From contig CAZYZS010000006.1 of NCBI GenBank assembly GCA_964651965.1, positions 42-64,041 on the forward strand: a DNA stretch of 64,000 nt, written 5' to 3'. The notes under the pieces are model-generated. The model ran no database searches and was not told where the DNA came from. It saw nothing but the letters and a program-made list of their open reading frames with translations. The translations under genes and the position numbers were made by a program. This DNA comes from Candidatus Woesearchaeota archaeon. Lineage in GTDB: Archaea; Nanobdellota; Nanobdellia; Pacearchaeales; GW2011-AR1. Shown piece after piece: positions 1 through 8,509 of this stretch (position 1 is the stretch's first letter; each line of letters begins with the position of its first letter).

Positions 1-1832
1 GAGTCAACTGTTATTCCAACGTCTGCAGCTTTTAGTGCAGGAGCGTCATTAACTCCGTCACCCAAAAATCCTACAATGTGGCCCTGCTTGCTTAGAATTT
101 CAACTATTTTGTATTTTTGTTCTGGTGTTATCCTGGCAAAAATATTGCTCTTTCTTATTATACTGCTTAGTTCTTTCTCATTCAATCCATTTAATTCTGA
201 GCCAAGTACAATTTTATTTTTTATTTTTATGCCCACCTGGTTGCATATCTGCTCAGTTACTAGTGAATTATCTCCAGTCAGTATCTTTATTTCAACTCCC
301 AATTTTTGGAAGTGTATAAGGGAATTCTCTGCATCTTTTTTCGGAGGGTCTAAGAAAATCAAGAAACCTAAGAAAACTAAGCTGTTTTCGTCTTTGGTCT
401 CGTACTCTTTTTTCTTTTTTATCTCTTTATATGCAATAGCTATTACGTTGTAACCTTCTCTGCTGAAATCTTCAAACTTTTTTATTAGCTCCTTTTTATA
501 ATGACCGATAGGAAGAATTTTTCCGCCTTTTTTTACCTTGTTGCATACTTCTAAAATAGACTCAGGTGCGCCCTTGGTGGCTAGGTAAAACTTGTTTCCT
601 TTTTTGTATACAATACTCATCCTTCTTCTTTCATGGTCAAATTCTATTTCTTCTATCCTTTCAAAATTTTTTATGCGAATGTTGTTCTTTTTGCAATACT
701 CTAATATTGCCACATCTGCTGCTTTTCCAGTAACGTCTTTGCCAGTAAGTGCAGTATTGCATATGATAGCATTTTCTATTATCTCTTCTTTTTTTGTTCC
801 TTGTATATCTAAGTAATCATATAAGGTTATTTTGTTCTCTGTCAAAGTTCCTGTCTTGTCTGTGCAGAGAACATCTATATTTCCTAAATCTTCTATCGAA
901 GCCAGTTTTTTCACTATTACCTTTTTTTTGGCCAGCTTTATTGCCCCTCTTGAAAGGGTTATTGTTATAATTATTGGCAAAAGCTCCGGAGTTATTCCTA
1001 CTGCAAGGGCTAGGGCAAATAGAAAAGAATCTACAACTCCTTTTCCAAGAACTGCATTGATAAAGAAAACACACAGAGTCAAAATAAGAATTATTTTAAT
1101 CAGGAAATCTCCGAATTTTTTTATGTTTTTCTGGAAATCTGTTGGTGGTTCTTTTGCACTCAGAACAGTGGCTGTTCTTCCAAATTCAGTTTCTGTTCCG
1201 ATTGCTATCACGATACCTTTTCCACACCCTCCTGCCACGCTTGTTCCCATAAAAACAAGGTTTGTTTTCTGGTTTATGGAGAGATTTTTCTCTTTAAGCT
1301 CCTTGAAGTTCTTGTAAACTAGATTAGACTCTCCTGTAAGAACAGATTCGTTCACATTTAGTTCTTGCGCTTCTAGAAGCCTTATGTCAGCAGGGACTAT
1401 GTCTCCGTTATTCAAAAATACAATATCCCCAACTACCAGCTCTTTTGTATTAATTTCTATTTCTTTACCATTTCTTAATACCTTCGCCTTGAATGTAATA
1501 TATCTTTTTAGTTTTAGCAATGCCTTTTCGCTTTTAAATTCCTGATAAAACCCCAGCAAAGAGTTAAGTAAGACTATTCCGAGAATTATAGAAGCATCTG
1601 TGATTTCTCCTAAGAATCCGGCTATTACAGCTGCTATAATCAGGATGAGTATAAGCGGGCTTTTGAACTGAGACAATAATATGGAAAACCCGCCTTTTTT
1701 GTCTTTGGCTACTATTTCATTTGGCCCTGCTTCTTCCAGCCTTTTTTCTGCTTCTTTCTTACTTAATCCTTTTTCAGAAGAGCTTAAAGCAGCCATCAAC
1801 TCTTTTTTATTTAATGCACAGTAATCTTGCAT
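1..1832 (-). CDS. P-type cation-transporting ATPase, MgtA-like (P3B-like); N-terminal ~610 aa, C-terminus lies beyond the left window edge
   Basis: Absent from the ORF track because it runs off the window. Hand translation of the minus strand from ATG (1832-1830) gives MQDYCALNKKELMAALSSSEKGLSKKEAEKRLEEAGPNEI... It contains LTGES, CTDKTGTLTEN (phospho-Asp site), GITPELLPIIITITLSRG (TM4 PExLP as in MgtA, not PEGLP) and FLGDGVNDAPALKAADVGITVD at bases ~1-70. The + strand ORFs listed at 76-1317 are antisense shadows. Confidence 0.85.
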   Translation of the reverse strand, partial: MQDYCALNKKELMAALSSSEKGLSKKEAEKRLEEAGPNEIVAKDKKGGFSILLSQFKSPLILILIIAAVIAGFLGEITDASIILGIVLLNSLLGFYQEFKSEKALLKLKRYITFKAKVLRNGKEIEINTKELVVGDIVFLNNGDIVPADIRLLEAQELNVNESVLTGESNLVYKNFKELKEKNLSINQKTNLVFMGTSVAGGCGKGIVIAIGTETEFGRTATVLSAKEPPTDFQKNIKKFGDFLIKIILILTLCVFFINAVLGKGVVDSFLFALALAVGITPELLPIIITITLSRGAIKLAKKKVIVKKLASIEDLGNIDVLCTDKTGTLTENKITLYDYLDIQGTKKEEIIENAIICNTALTGKDVTGKAADVAILEYCKKNNIRIKNFERIEEIEFDHERRRMSIVYKKGNKFYLATKGAPESILEVCNKVKKGGKILPIGHYKKELIKKFEDFSREGYNVIAIAYKEIKKKKEYETKDENSLVFLGFLIFLDPPKKDAENSLIHFQKLGVEIKILTGDNSLVTEQICNQVGIKIKNKIVLGSELNGLNEKELSSIIRKSNIFARITPEQKYKIVEILSKQGHIVGFLGDGVNDAPALKAADVGITVD

Positions 1833-2041
1833 AATAAAATATATATTTATAGGATTTAAATGTTATTGTCTATAAATAACTATGAGCCACATCAAAATTA
1901 AAGTTTATAATCGATACATTTAATCAGAATAAAACCAATTGAAAATATAAAATAATGAATATTCTTAATTTGGTTATAAAAGCATAGACTTTTAAGTTTG
2001 AATAATCTTAAACTCATAGGGGGCATAAACCGTATTTCACC

Positions 2042-4624
2042 ATGGTTTGGATAAAACGATTTTTTAGAAGAAAAGTAAAAGAAAAAAGTTATATTAATAA
2101 GAAACAAAAGCCCCGTATTTCTAAGAGGAAAATAAAAGCAGATATATTCAAAAGAGAGGCGTCTAAAACTCTTTTAAGAGACCCGAGTATAATGGAGGGG
2201 CTTGACGAGGGGCAAAAAAGAGCAGTTCTTTCTGATAATTCTCGTATATTAGTCCTTGCTGGAGCAGGAGCTGGCAAGACAAAAGTTCTTCTCTCAAGAA
2301 TCTTGCATCTTGTTAAAAACGAAGAAGTCCCATCGGGGAATATACTAGCCGTAACTTTCACTAAAGATGCAACGAATGAAATGAAAAATAGATTGATCGA
2401 ATATTTTGAACCCTCTTTCAATGAAATAGTAAAAGCAGGTTTAGGAAGAGCGGAAATGGATAAAATTCATAGAGAAGTAATGAAAAGACACCCGGAAATT
2501 CGCCATATTTTTATTAGTACAATTCATTCTCTTTGTTACTATATGCTTAAAACAGATGGGGCCAAGGTTTACAATACACATTTTAAGGTAATCAGAAGTG
2601 ATGAACAAAAAACTGAAAGCTATCAAGCGGATTATAGTCAAGACAGTTTAATAAAAAATTTAGTAAAAAAATTGATAAGTGAAGATTCTGAAATATTTGA
2701 AAAAGTTAGAGGGTATCTTCAAAAGTACATTGCTCAAGAACGAAAGAGTACTATAGAACTACTTAATCAAAAACCGATTAGAGAAGAACTGGGATATTGC
2801 ACCATGGACAAAAAGTATAGAGTGAGGTCAAAATCAGAACAGTTCATTGCAAACTTTCTTTATGATAGAGGTATAGTTTATGAATATGAGAAAGAAGCTA
2901 CTTGGATTGAAAAAGAAGACGAGAGTAAATCGTATCATCCGGATTTTTATTTGAGTGATTACGGAATTTACATCGAACATTGGCTTGTTGCTAGCAATAA
3001 AGAAAGATTACTTTACCCCCCTCAAGGATTCGATAAAGAACAGTATTTAAGAGAAAGAAATTGGAAAATTAATCAGTTCAAAAAGCACAATAATGTTTTA
3101 GTTGAAACTTTTGAAAAACAGATGCATGGAGACTTGAACGAATTTTACTCATATTTAGAATCTGAATTAATAAAAAAAACTCATGGAGTTATTAAATTCA
3201 AAGCTATTCAGAACCCTATTGACTTATTAGCACCACTAAATACTGAACTGGGCATACTTGCGACTAGTTTGACTAAAACAATCAATCTTGCAAAGTCAAA
3301 CAGAGTTTCTATTGATACAATTAAGGAGAATCTTGAAGATGAAAAGCATGATGAAATAATTGATTTTTTTGAGATTTTCTTCAAAGTTTTTTCTCAATAT
3401 GAAGAATTCTTAAAAAAGGAGAGTCTAATTGATTTCAATGATATGATTCATAAAGCCATTGACTTATTTAACTTAGATAAGCAAGTTTTGAAAAAATATC
3501 AAGAGCAATTTAAACATATATTAATCGATGAGTATCAAGATGTGTCTGCCGCTCAAGTTGAGCTTATTAAACTGCTTTTAACAAAAGACAATAATCTATT
3601 CGCAGTAGGCGATGACTGGCAAAGTATCTATGGGTTTAGAGGTTCAGAAGTGGAGTACATCTTAAATTTTAAAGAGGAATTCAAGGGTTCTGAGATTATC
3701 CCACTTCCATATAATTATCGTTCTGGAGAAAACATTGTTGGGGCTTCTAAAAAAGTAATTCTAAAGAATCCAAAGCAAATGAAGAAGAATATTTCCGCAA
3801 AAAACAGTTCTTTAACTGAAAAAATCTATCAATTTAATGCATTTAATGAAGTAGACGGCGCAAGATTTATTGTTGAAAAAATAAGAAAACTTCTCTCCGA
3901 AGGCATAAAATCTAATGAGATATTGATTCTTTATCGTAGAACGTCTCACATTAAGCAATATAAAGAATACTTTTCAAAATTCCCAGAAATTAGAGGAATC
4001 TCTCTAAAAACAATTCATGGTTCAAAAGGGTTAGAATCCAGGGTAGTATTTGTAATCGGATTATATAATGGACCTGGAGGATTTCCTTACGTCTGGGAGG
4101 ACGAAAGAATTATTCAGAAGATAAAGAGCACCCCTATAAGCAAGAAAGAGGAAGAAGAAAGGCGCCTGTTTTATGTTGCAATGACTCGTGCTAAGGAAAA
4201 ATTATATTTAATTTCTGAACTTGGCAACGTTTCAGAATATTGCAAAGATATTCCTAAAGAGTATAAAGATGTGCTTTGTTCAAAATCATTCCCTTTAGAG
4301 GATTTGTTTGAAGATTTTAAGAGAGTGCTTGCTCTGTTGCATGAAGGAAAAAGTATATCTGAGATAGCCAAAATAACGGAAACTGATGAAAAGACAGTCG
4401 AACAAAGAATTGCATGGTTAATATTAAAAGGAATTCTGCCTGTTTCGCATTTCGTTGATGATGATACTTATTTATTGATTGCAAGGAGAATAGGCAAAGA
4501 TGCTTCAAAGGTTAAATTGCTGACCCCGCTTAAAAGAGAGCTTCCTCAAAGCGTAGGATATGGGGAGATAAAGTATGTTATCGCAGATTTAAAGAGAAAA
4601 GAAGCTATTGAAGAGTCTCAATAA
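2042..4624 (+). CDS. SF1 UvrD/PcrA-like DNA helicase with inserted PD-(D/E)xK-like nuclease module and C-terminal HTH
   Basis: 860-aa ORF. Helicase motifs: Walker A LAGAGAGKTKVL, AVTFTKDA, STIHSLC, motif II LIDEYQDVS, motif III GDDWQSIYGFRGS, YNYRSG, TIHGSKGLE, FYVAMTRAKEKL. A ~300-aa insertion between TIHS and DEYQD carries SKSEQFIANFLYDRGIVYEYE...YHPDFYL...GIYIEHW. The C-terminus GKSISEIAKITETDEKTVEQRIAWLILKG looks like an HTH. Confidence 0.85.
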   Translation: MVWIKRFFRRKVKEKSYINKKQKPRISKRKIKADIFKREASKTLLRDPSIMEGLDEGQKRAVLSDNSRILVLAGAGAGKTKVLLSRILHLVKNEEVPSGNILAVTFTKDATNEMKNRLIEYFEPSFNEIVKAGLGRAEMDKIHREVMKRHPEIRHIFISTIHSLCYYMLKTDGAKVYNTHFKVIRSDEQKTESYQADYSQDSLIKNLVKKLISEDSEIFEKVRGYLQKYIAQERKSTIELLNQKPIREELGYCTMDKKYRVRSKSEQFIANFLYDRGIVYEYEKEATWIEKEDESKSYHPDFYLSDYGIYIEHWLVASNKERLLYPPQGFDKEQYLRERNWKINQFKKHNNVLVETFEKQMHGDLNEFYSYLESELIKKTHGVIKFKAIQNPIDLLAPLNTELGILATSLTKTINLAKSNRVSIDTIKENLEDEKHDEIIDFFEIFFKVFSQYEEFLKKESLIDFNDMIHKAIDLFNLDKQVLKKYQEQFKHILIDEYQDVSAAQVELIKLLLTKDNNLFAVGDDWQSIYGFRGSEVEYILNFKEEFKGSEIIPLPYNYRSGENIVGASKKVILKNPKQMKKNISAKNSSLTEKIYQFNAFNEVDGARFIVEKIRKLLSEGIKSNEILILYRRTSHIKQYKEYFSKFPEIRGISLKTIHGSKGLESRVVFVIGLYNGPGGFPYVWEDERIIQKIKSTPISKKEEEERRLFYVAMTRAKEKLYLISELGNVSEYCKDIPKEYKDVLCSKSFPLEDLFEDFKRVLALLHEGKSISEIAKITETDEKTVEQRIAWLILKGILPVSHFVDDDTYLLIARRIGKDASKVKLLTPLKRELPQSVGYGEIKYVIADLKRKEAIEESQ

Positions 4625-4690
4625 TCTGCTTTATGCAAACGCCCATACAAAGCCTTAGTTATCTGCATTACGCTTAGCTACATTTATTTT

Positions 4691-4900
4691 CTATAACTGG
4701 CTTATATAACCTTTTGATTCCTGCATGGGTTCTCTAGGTTTATCTTCAAGACGAACTAATTTTTTAATAGAAGAGAGGGGCACTATGACAATTTTCCCAC
4801 TATCTTTATATATGAATGTCTGGTTTTCGAAATCAATTTTCCCTTCGAATTCTCCTTCCATTTCTCTTTCCCCAACAAAGTAAACTTCATATTTTGTCAT
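4691..4900 (-). CDS. hypothetical small protein (69 aa)
   Basis: ORF only. A TATA-like GATATAAATAG lies ~20 nt upstream of its ATG on the minus strand (plus-strand ctatttatatc ~4921-4931). No recognisable motif. Confidence 0.4.
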   Translation of the reverse strand: MTKYEVYFVGEREMEGEFEGKIDFENQTFIYKDSGKIVIVPLSSIKKLVRLEDKPREPMQESKGYISQL

Positions 4901-5024
4901 AATTACATAAGTTAGAGTTACTATTTATATCTTTTGTAATAGAAAGCCATAGCTATCTTTCTTTTTCATTTTAACTCCTGTAAACCCCATACAAGAAGTG
5001 TTGTATTGTAATGCGAAAATCAAA

Positions 5025-5119
5025 CGCCCATGCCAGGAATCGAACCTGGAGGCCCTGACGGGCCGGCCTTTGTGGTTTTTTAGTTCCAGGGCCGTGGAGT
5101 ACCATTGTCCCACATGGGC
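5025..5119 (-). tRNA. tRNA-Ser (anticodon GGA) with a 14-nt intron in the anticodon loop; CCA not encoded
   Basis: Hand-folded from the reverse complement: acceptor GCCCATG/CATGGGC plus discriminator G; 3-bp D stem; anticodon stem CGGCC/GGCCG; loop CTGGAA-[intron]-A with anticodon GGA at 5087-5085. It has a long variable arm GCCC-GTCA-GGGC (class II tRNA, fits Ser) and T arm CCAGG-TTCGATT-CCTGG. ORF 4925-5113 is a shadow over this gene. Confidence 0.85.
5070..5083 (-). other. tRNA intron (CTAAAAAACCACAA) at the canonical 37/38 position
   Basis: There are 21 nt between the two halves of the anticodon stem instead of 7. Intron CCA can pair with anticodon-loop TGG, as expected for a bulge-helix-bulge-like splice substrate. 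Exact boundaries are +/-1 nt by eye. Confidence 0.7.
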
Positions 5120-5120
5120 A

Positions 5121-5807
5121 TTAATAAGTGATTTTACCTAACTTATCTCTTTTATCAGGATGATAGAAGTTTATAAGTTTTTTGTAAACATTTATGTTCT
5201 CTTTCCTTCTAACAAACAACATCCCATATGGGCTATGTTTTTTAATTCTCGGTTTATAAGGGCCATATAAACTGGAGTGAATTCCCAGAAGTTCTAAACT
5301 TTGCTTTATTGATTCTAACCCTAGATAATTGACTGATTTGACTTGTATATATTTATGGGATAAATTAACATAAGCTTCACAATCAAAAAAGCATTTTATC
5401 CATTCTATCAAATGTTTTTTAGGCAATTCTTTGGGAATTGCCCATTTATAATGTCCATACTTGCCAAACGAATAAAGATTTAGGCAGGCGGGCTTATTTT
5501 TTATTTGAACATTAAAGCATCCTCCATAATAGACTATCTTTGGAGAGATATTAAATTCTTTTTCAAACAGATTGACAACTCTTTTTGCAAGAGCTTCATT
5601 ATCCAAGAACACCCTAATTTCATAATGCATATCTTTATTTTTGTCTTCTCTTATAGCTATCCACCCATCTCCGCACAAATACGCATTTATTGCTACCTTT
5701 TCTTTAGAGATAACGTTATTTATTCTTACTTTAGAGTGCTCTTTTTTCCATCTGTTCTCTAATCCAATTTTACTTATCCTTTTGTAGAATTCTGCATCTA
5801 TTTTCAT
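5121..5807 (-). CDS. free-standing LAGLIDADG-type (double-motif) homing-endonuclease-like protein
   Basis: 228 aa. First motif INAYLCGDGWIAI (aa ~40-52) and second motif LIEWIKCFFDCEAYV (aa ~135-149) lie ~95 aa apart, the usual spacing of single-chain LAGLIDADG enzymes. The stop codon (5123-5121) ends 1 nt before tRNA position 1 (5119). Confidence 0.6.
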   Translation of the reverse strand: MKIDAEFYKRISKIGLENRWKKEHSKVRINNVISKEKVAINAYLCGDGWIAIREDKNKDMHYEIRVFLDNEALAKRVVNLFEKEFNISPKIVYYGGCFNVQIKNKPACLNLYSFGKYGHYKWAIPKELPKKHLIEWIKCFFDCEAYVNLSHKYIQVKSVNYLGLESIKQSLELLGIHSSLYGPYKPRIKKHSPYGMLFVRRKENINVYKKLINFYHPDKRDKLGKITY

Positions 5808-5858
5808 AAAAGATTTAACAGACAGAAGTTTATAAGTTTTCCTATAATGCGCAGTACC

Positions 5859-6470
5859 TTAAATCAGTTTTTCAAATTCTTCTGTTATTTGCTTATGTAT
5901 TTCTTCCACTGATTTTGTGCCGTCTATTATAACTATTTTTTCATTTGGAAGATGTTTTAATGTTTCCATGTATTTTTGTCTCACTTTTTCTTGAAATTCT
6001 GTGCTTGCTTCTAGTCTGTGCTTGGTTCTGTTATCTTTATCCATTCTTTCTTGCCCGATTTTTGCAGGAACATCTACAATAAATGTTATGTCTGGAATTG
6101 GCAAGCCATTGTGCATCTCTATTAGCTTGCTTGGCTCTAGGCCTTGTGCAGATTGGTAAGCAATTGTTGATAATTTATACCTGTCAGAAATAACATAATG
6201 ACCTTTTTCTAAGTGAGGCAGAATAATTTCCTGGGTTTGTTCTTTCCTGTCGTTTACAAACAATTCTGCAAGTTTTTCTGATTGCGACTCAGGAGAATCG
6301 TTTGTTTTGAGAAGCTCTCTTATTTCTCTTGCTTTGTAAGGGTTTCGTGTTAAAAGAATATGGTTATATTTGCTTAGTTTAGAAAGATATTCGACAAATT
6401 TAAATATCTGTGTGGATTTTCCGCATCCATCGATTCCTTCAAAAACAATAAACTTTCCTCTTTTGTCCAT
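5859..6470 (-). CDS. tmk: thymidylate kinase
   Basis: KFIVFEGIDGCGKSTQ P-loop, VISDRY motif, ~200 aa length typical of dTMP kinase. Confidence 0.9.
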   Translation of the reverse strand: MDKRGKFIVFEGIDGCGKSTQIFKFVEYLSKLSKYNHILLTRNPYKAREIRELLKTNDSPESQSEKLAELFVNDRKEQTQEIILPHLEKGHYVISDRYKLSTIAYQSAQGLEPSKLIEMHNGLPIPDITFIVDVPAKIGQERMDKDNRTKHRLEASTEFQEKVRQKYMETLKHLPNEKIVIIDGTKSVEEIHKQITEEFEKLI

Positions 6471-6526
6471 GAAATAACTTTATTATTGGAATTTATAAAG
6501 ATATATATTTTTTAGAATATAAATAA

Positions 6527-6835
6527 TTAGTCTTTCATCTCTATCTTAATGTTAATAGAACGAGGTATTGAAAGACGCATAATTGAATGAAGAACTCGGT
6601 CATTAGTTGGCATATCTATAAGCCTTTTATGGATTCGCATCTCAAATCTGTCAAAAGAAGCTTTTCCATCCCCACACGGGCTTTTTCTTGTTGTAACTTT
6701 AAGCTTTCTTGTAGGTAATGGAATTGGGCCGGCTATGGCAATTCCCGCTTGCTTAGCTATATCATTTATTGTTTCACATACTCTATTAAGCTCATCAATA
6801 TCCGAGCTTTGCAGTTTTATTCTTACTTTTGCCAT
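6527..6835 (-). CDS. rps10: 30S ribosomal protein S10 (uS10)
   Basis: 102 aa: MAKVRIKLQSSD...GPIPLPTRKLKVTTRKSPCGDGKASFDRFEMRIHKRLIDM, the classic uS10 pattern. Confidence 0.9.
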   Translation of the reverse strand: MAKVRIKLQSSDIDELNRVCETINDIAKQAGIAIAGPIPLPTRKLKVTTRKSPCGDGKASFDRFEMRIHKRLIDMPTNDRVLHSIMRLSIPRSINIKIEMKD

Positions 6836-6922
6836 TTACCTTATTCAGAAATTCATTTATTAGTCGTTTCTGATGTTCTGATTAGAAAAGGGGCATTTAA
6901 AAAGCTATTGGTATCAATAAGG

Positions 6923-7714
6923 TTAGCCTAGAGTTGTTTCTACAATGCAGGGCAAGTGATCTGATACCTTAACTGAATCTGCAGAATAAAACCTCGTAAT
7001 ATTAAACTCTTTGCTTAAAAGGAGGAGGTCTGTGCTTATTTTGGGGTTCCAGGAAGGATAGGTTTTACAGTTACTTATTTTCTCCAATTTCGTCTTGCCT
7101 ATAATATTTAATTCAGACGCATCAAGGATATTAAAATCTCCTGTTAAGATTATAGAGCCTTGTGTGTTGTTTATTATTTCTGCAATATATTCTAACTGTT
7201 TTTCTCTACTTTTTTTACCAATACTCAGGTGAGTTACAAAAACGCTTACATTAGTACCATTAACATTTAAAACCGCTTCTCCTAAAAATCTTGGTTCTCC
7301 AAAACCTGGAAGCTCATAACTTTTTGTACTTAGAATAGGGAATTTCGTATTAATGGCGTTTCCTTGATTTAGAATCGAACCGATCTTATAAGTGGGAAAA
7401 AATATGCTCTCTTTAAGATTTGTTAAATTAGAAATTAGCTCTGCCTGATTTATATTTTTACTTCTAAAACAACTCCCATCAATTTCTGTAAATGCAATAA
7501 TGTCTACATCTTCAGAATTAATTAATTCTGATGTTTTGGCAATATTTTCTATAGAGTGAGGAAAAAAATATTTCCAGAAAGTAGTCGGGTATTGCCAATA
7601 GCCTTTGGTTGTCCCAACTCCTGATTGCATGTTAAGAGTTGCAATTTTGAGGGCAGATACAGAGCTAACCATAAGAAACAAAACAATTAAAGTTAATAAA
7701 ATTATTCTTTCCAT
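6923..7714 (-). CDS. secreted endonuclease/exonuclease/phosphatase (EEP) family protein
   Basis: N-terminal hydrophobic signal or anchor (MERIILLTLIVLFLMVSSVSA), IATLNMQSG, AFTEID, LTGDFN, SDHLP motifs of the EEP fold. Confidence 0.7.
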   Translation of the reverse strand: MERIILLTLIVLFLMVSSVSALKIATLNMQSGVGTTKGYWQYPTTFWKYFFPHSIENIAKTSELINSEDVDIIAFTEIDGSCFRSKNINQAELISNLTNLKESIFFPTYKIGSILNQGNAINTKFPILSTKSYELPGFGEPRFLGEAVLNVNGTNVSVFVTHLSIGKKSREKQLEYIAEIINNTQGSIILTGDFNILDASELNIIGKTKLEKISNCKTYPSWNPKISTDLLLLSKEFNITRFYSADSVKVSDHLPCIVETTLG

Positions 7715-7800
7715 GTCTTATCTTGTTAATTATTCTATTTATATTTATATCTCATCTTAAACATCCGAAACTTTATATAACATTAACATCTTATTAATCT

Positions 7801-8508
7801 ATGAAAATAAAGAGGATTTTAGCATTTATTGCGGTTGTAATAATTGTTATTAATCTTGCATACTTTTATCCAAGATTGACTGGAAAAGGAGCTTATGAAG
7901 CAGAAACAGTAAGCATGACAAGAGCGATTGACGGAGACACTTTTGAGACAGAAACTTCTGATGTGAGGTTGCTGTGCGTTAATACTCCTGAAAAAAACAA
8001 ACCTTTTTATAATGAAGCAAAGGTAAAGTTATCTGAATTTGAAGGAGAAGAAGTGCAGATTTTAAGAGATAAAGATGATGAGGATCAATATAATAGGAAA
8101 TTAAGATTTGTCTTTTATGGAAACAGGTTTATCAACAAAGAGATTCTTGAGGAAGGTCTGGCTACTTTGTATATGTGTGAAGGGCTTAGATACGAAGCAG
8201 ATATGAAAAAAGCAGAGCAGACTGCGGGAGAGAAGGGAAAAGGAATCTGGAAAAAATCTACAAGCAGGTGTGCCTATTGTCTTGAGCTTGTTAAATTAGA
8301 GCCTGTTTTGGAATATTTTATTTTAAAAAACAAATGTGATTTTAAGTGCGAGGCAGAGGCAAAAGATGAAGGCAATCATTTTTTTGATATTAGCATAGAG
8401 GGCGGCAAGGAAAAAGTTTTTAACAGCAATGGCAAAGTGTGGAACGATGATGGAGATAGATTATTTGTTAGGGATAATGATGGACTATTGGTTTATTATG
8501 AATACTAG
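7801..8508 (+). CDS. membrane-anchored staphylococcal-nuclease (SNase/thermonuclease)-like protein with C-terminal extra domain
   Basis: N-terminal TM. VTRAIDGDTFE...VRLLCVNTPE...DQYNRKLRFV matches SNase catalytic-core spacing (the usual DTPE reads NTPE). The C-terminal ~90 aa is Cys-containing and may be a lamin-tail-like domain (weak). Confidence 0.7.
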   Translation: MKIKRILAFIAVVIIVINLAYFYPRLTGKGAYEAETVSMTRAIDGDTFETETSDVRLLCVNTPEKNKPFYNEAKVKLSEFEGEEVQILRDKDDEDQYNRKLRFVFYGNRFINKEILEEGLATLYMCEGLRYEADMKKAEQTAGEKGKGIWKKSTSRCAYCLELVKLEPVLEYFILKNKCDFKCEAEAKDEGNHFFDISIEGGKEKVFNSNGKVWNDDGDRLFVRDNDGLLVYYEY

Positions 8509-8509
8509 A

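Noticed and set aside
76-1317. Several + strand ORFs (76-453, 125-319, 592-816, 832-1317) and the minus-strand ORF 817-1074
   Set aside because: They lie within, antisense to, or out of frame with the clear P-type ATPase reading frame on the minus strand (1-1832). Their low-complexity hydrophobic translations are typical of shadow ORFs.
4925-5113. 62-aa minus-strand ORF
   Set aside because: It overlaps the tRNA-Ser gene almost completely, and its translation is just the tRNA sequence read as codons.
1833-5119. Possible integrated element between the P-type ATPase and tRNA-Ser (helicase-nuclease as cargo)
   Set aside because: I found no integrase, and no direct repeat of the tRNA 3' half (for example CCAGGAATCGAACCTGG) in 1833-2041 or elsewhere nearby, so there is no att-site evidence. 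It is kept only as a weak context note.
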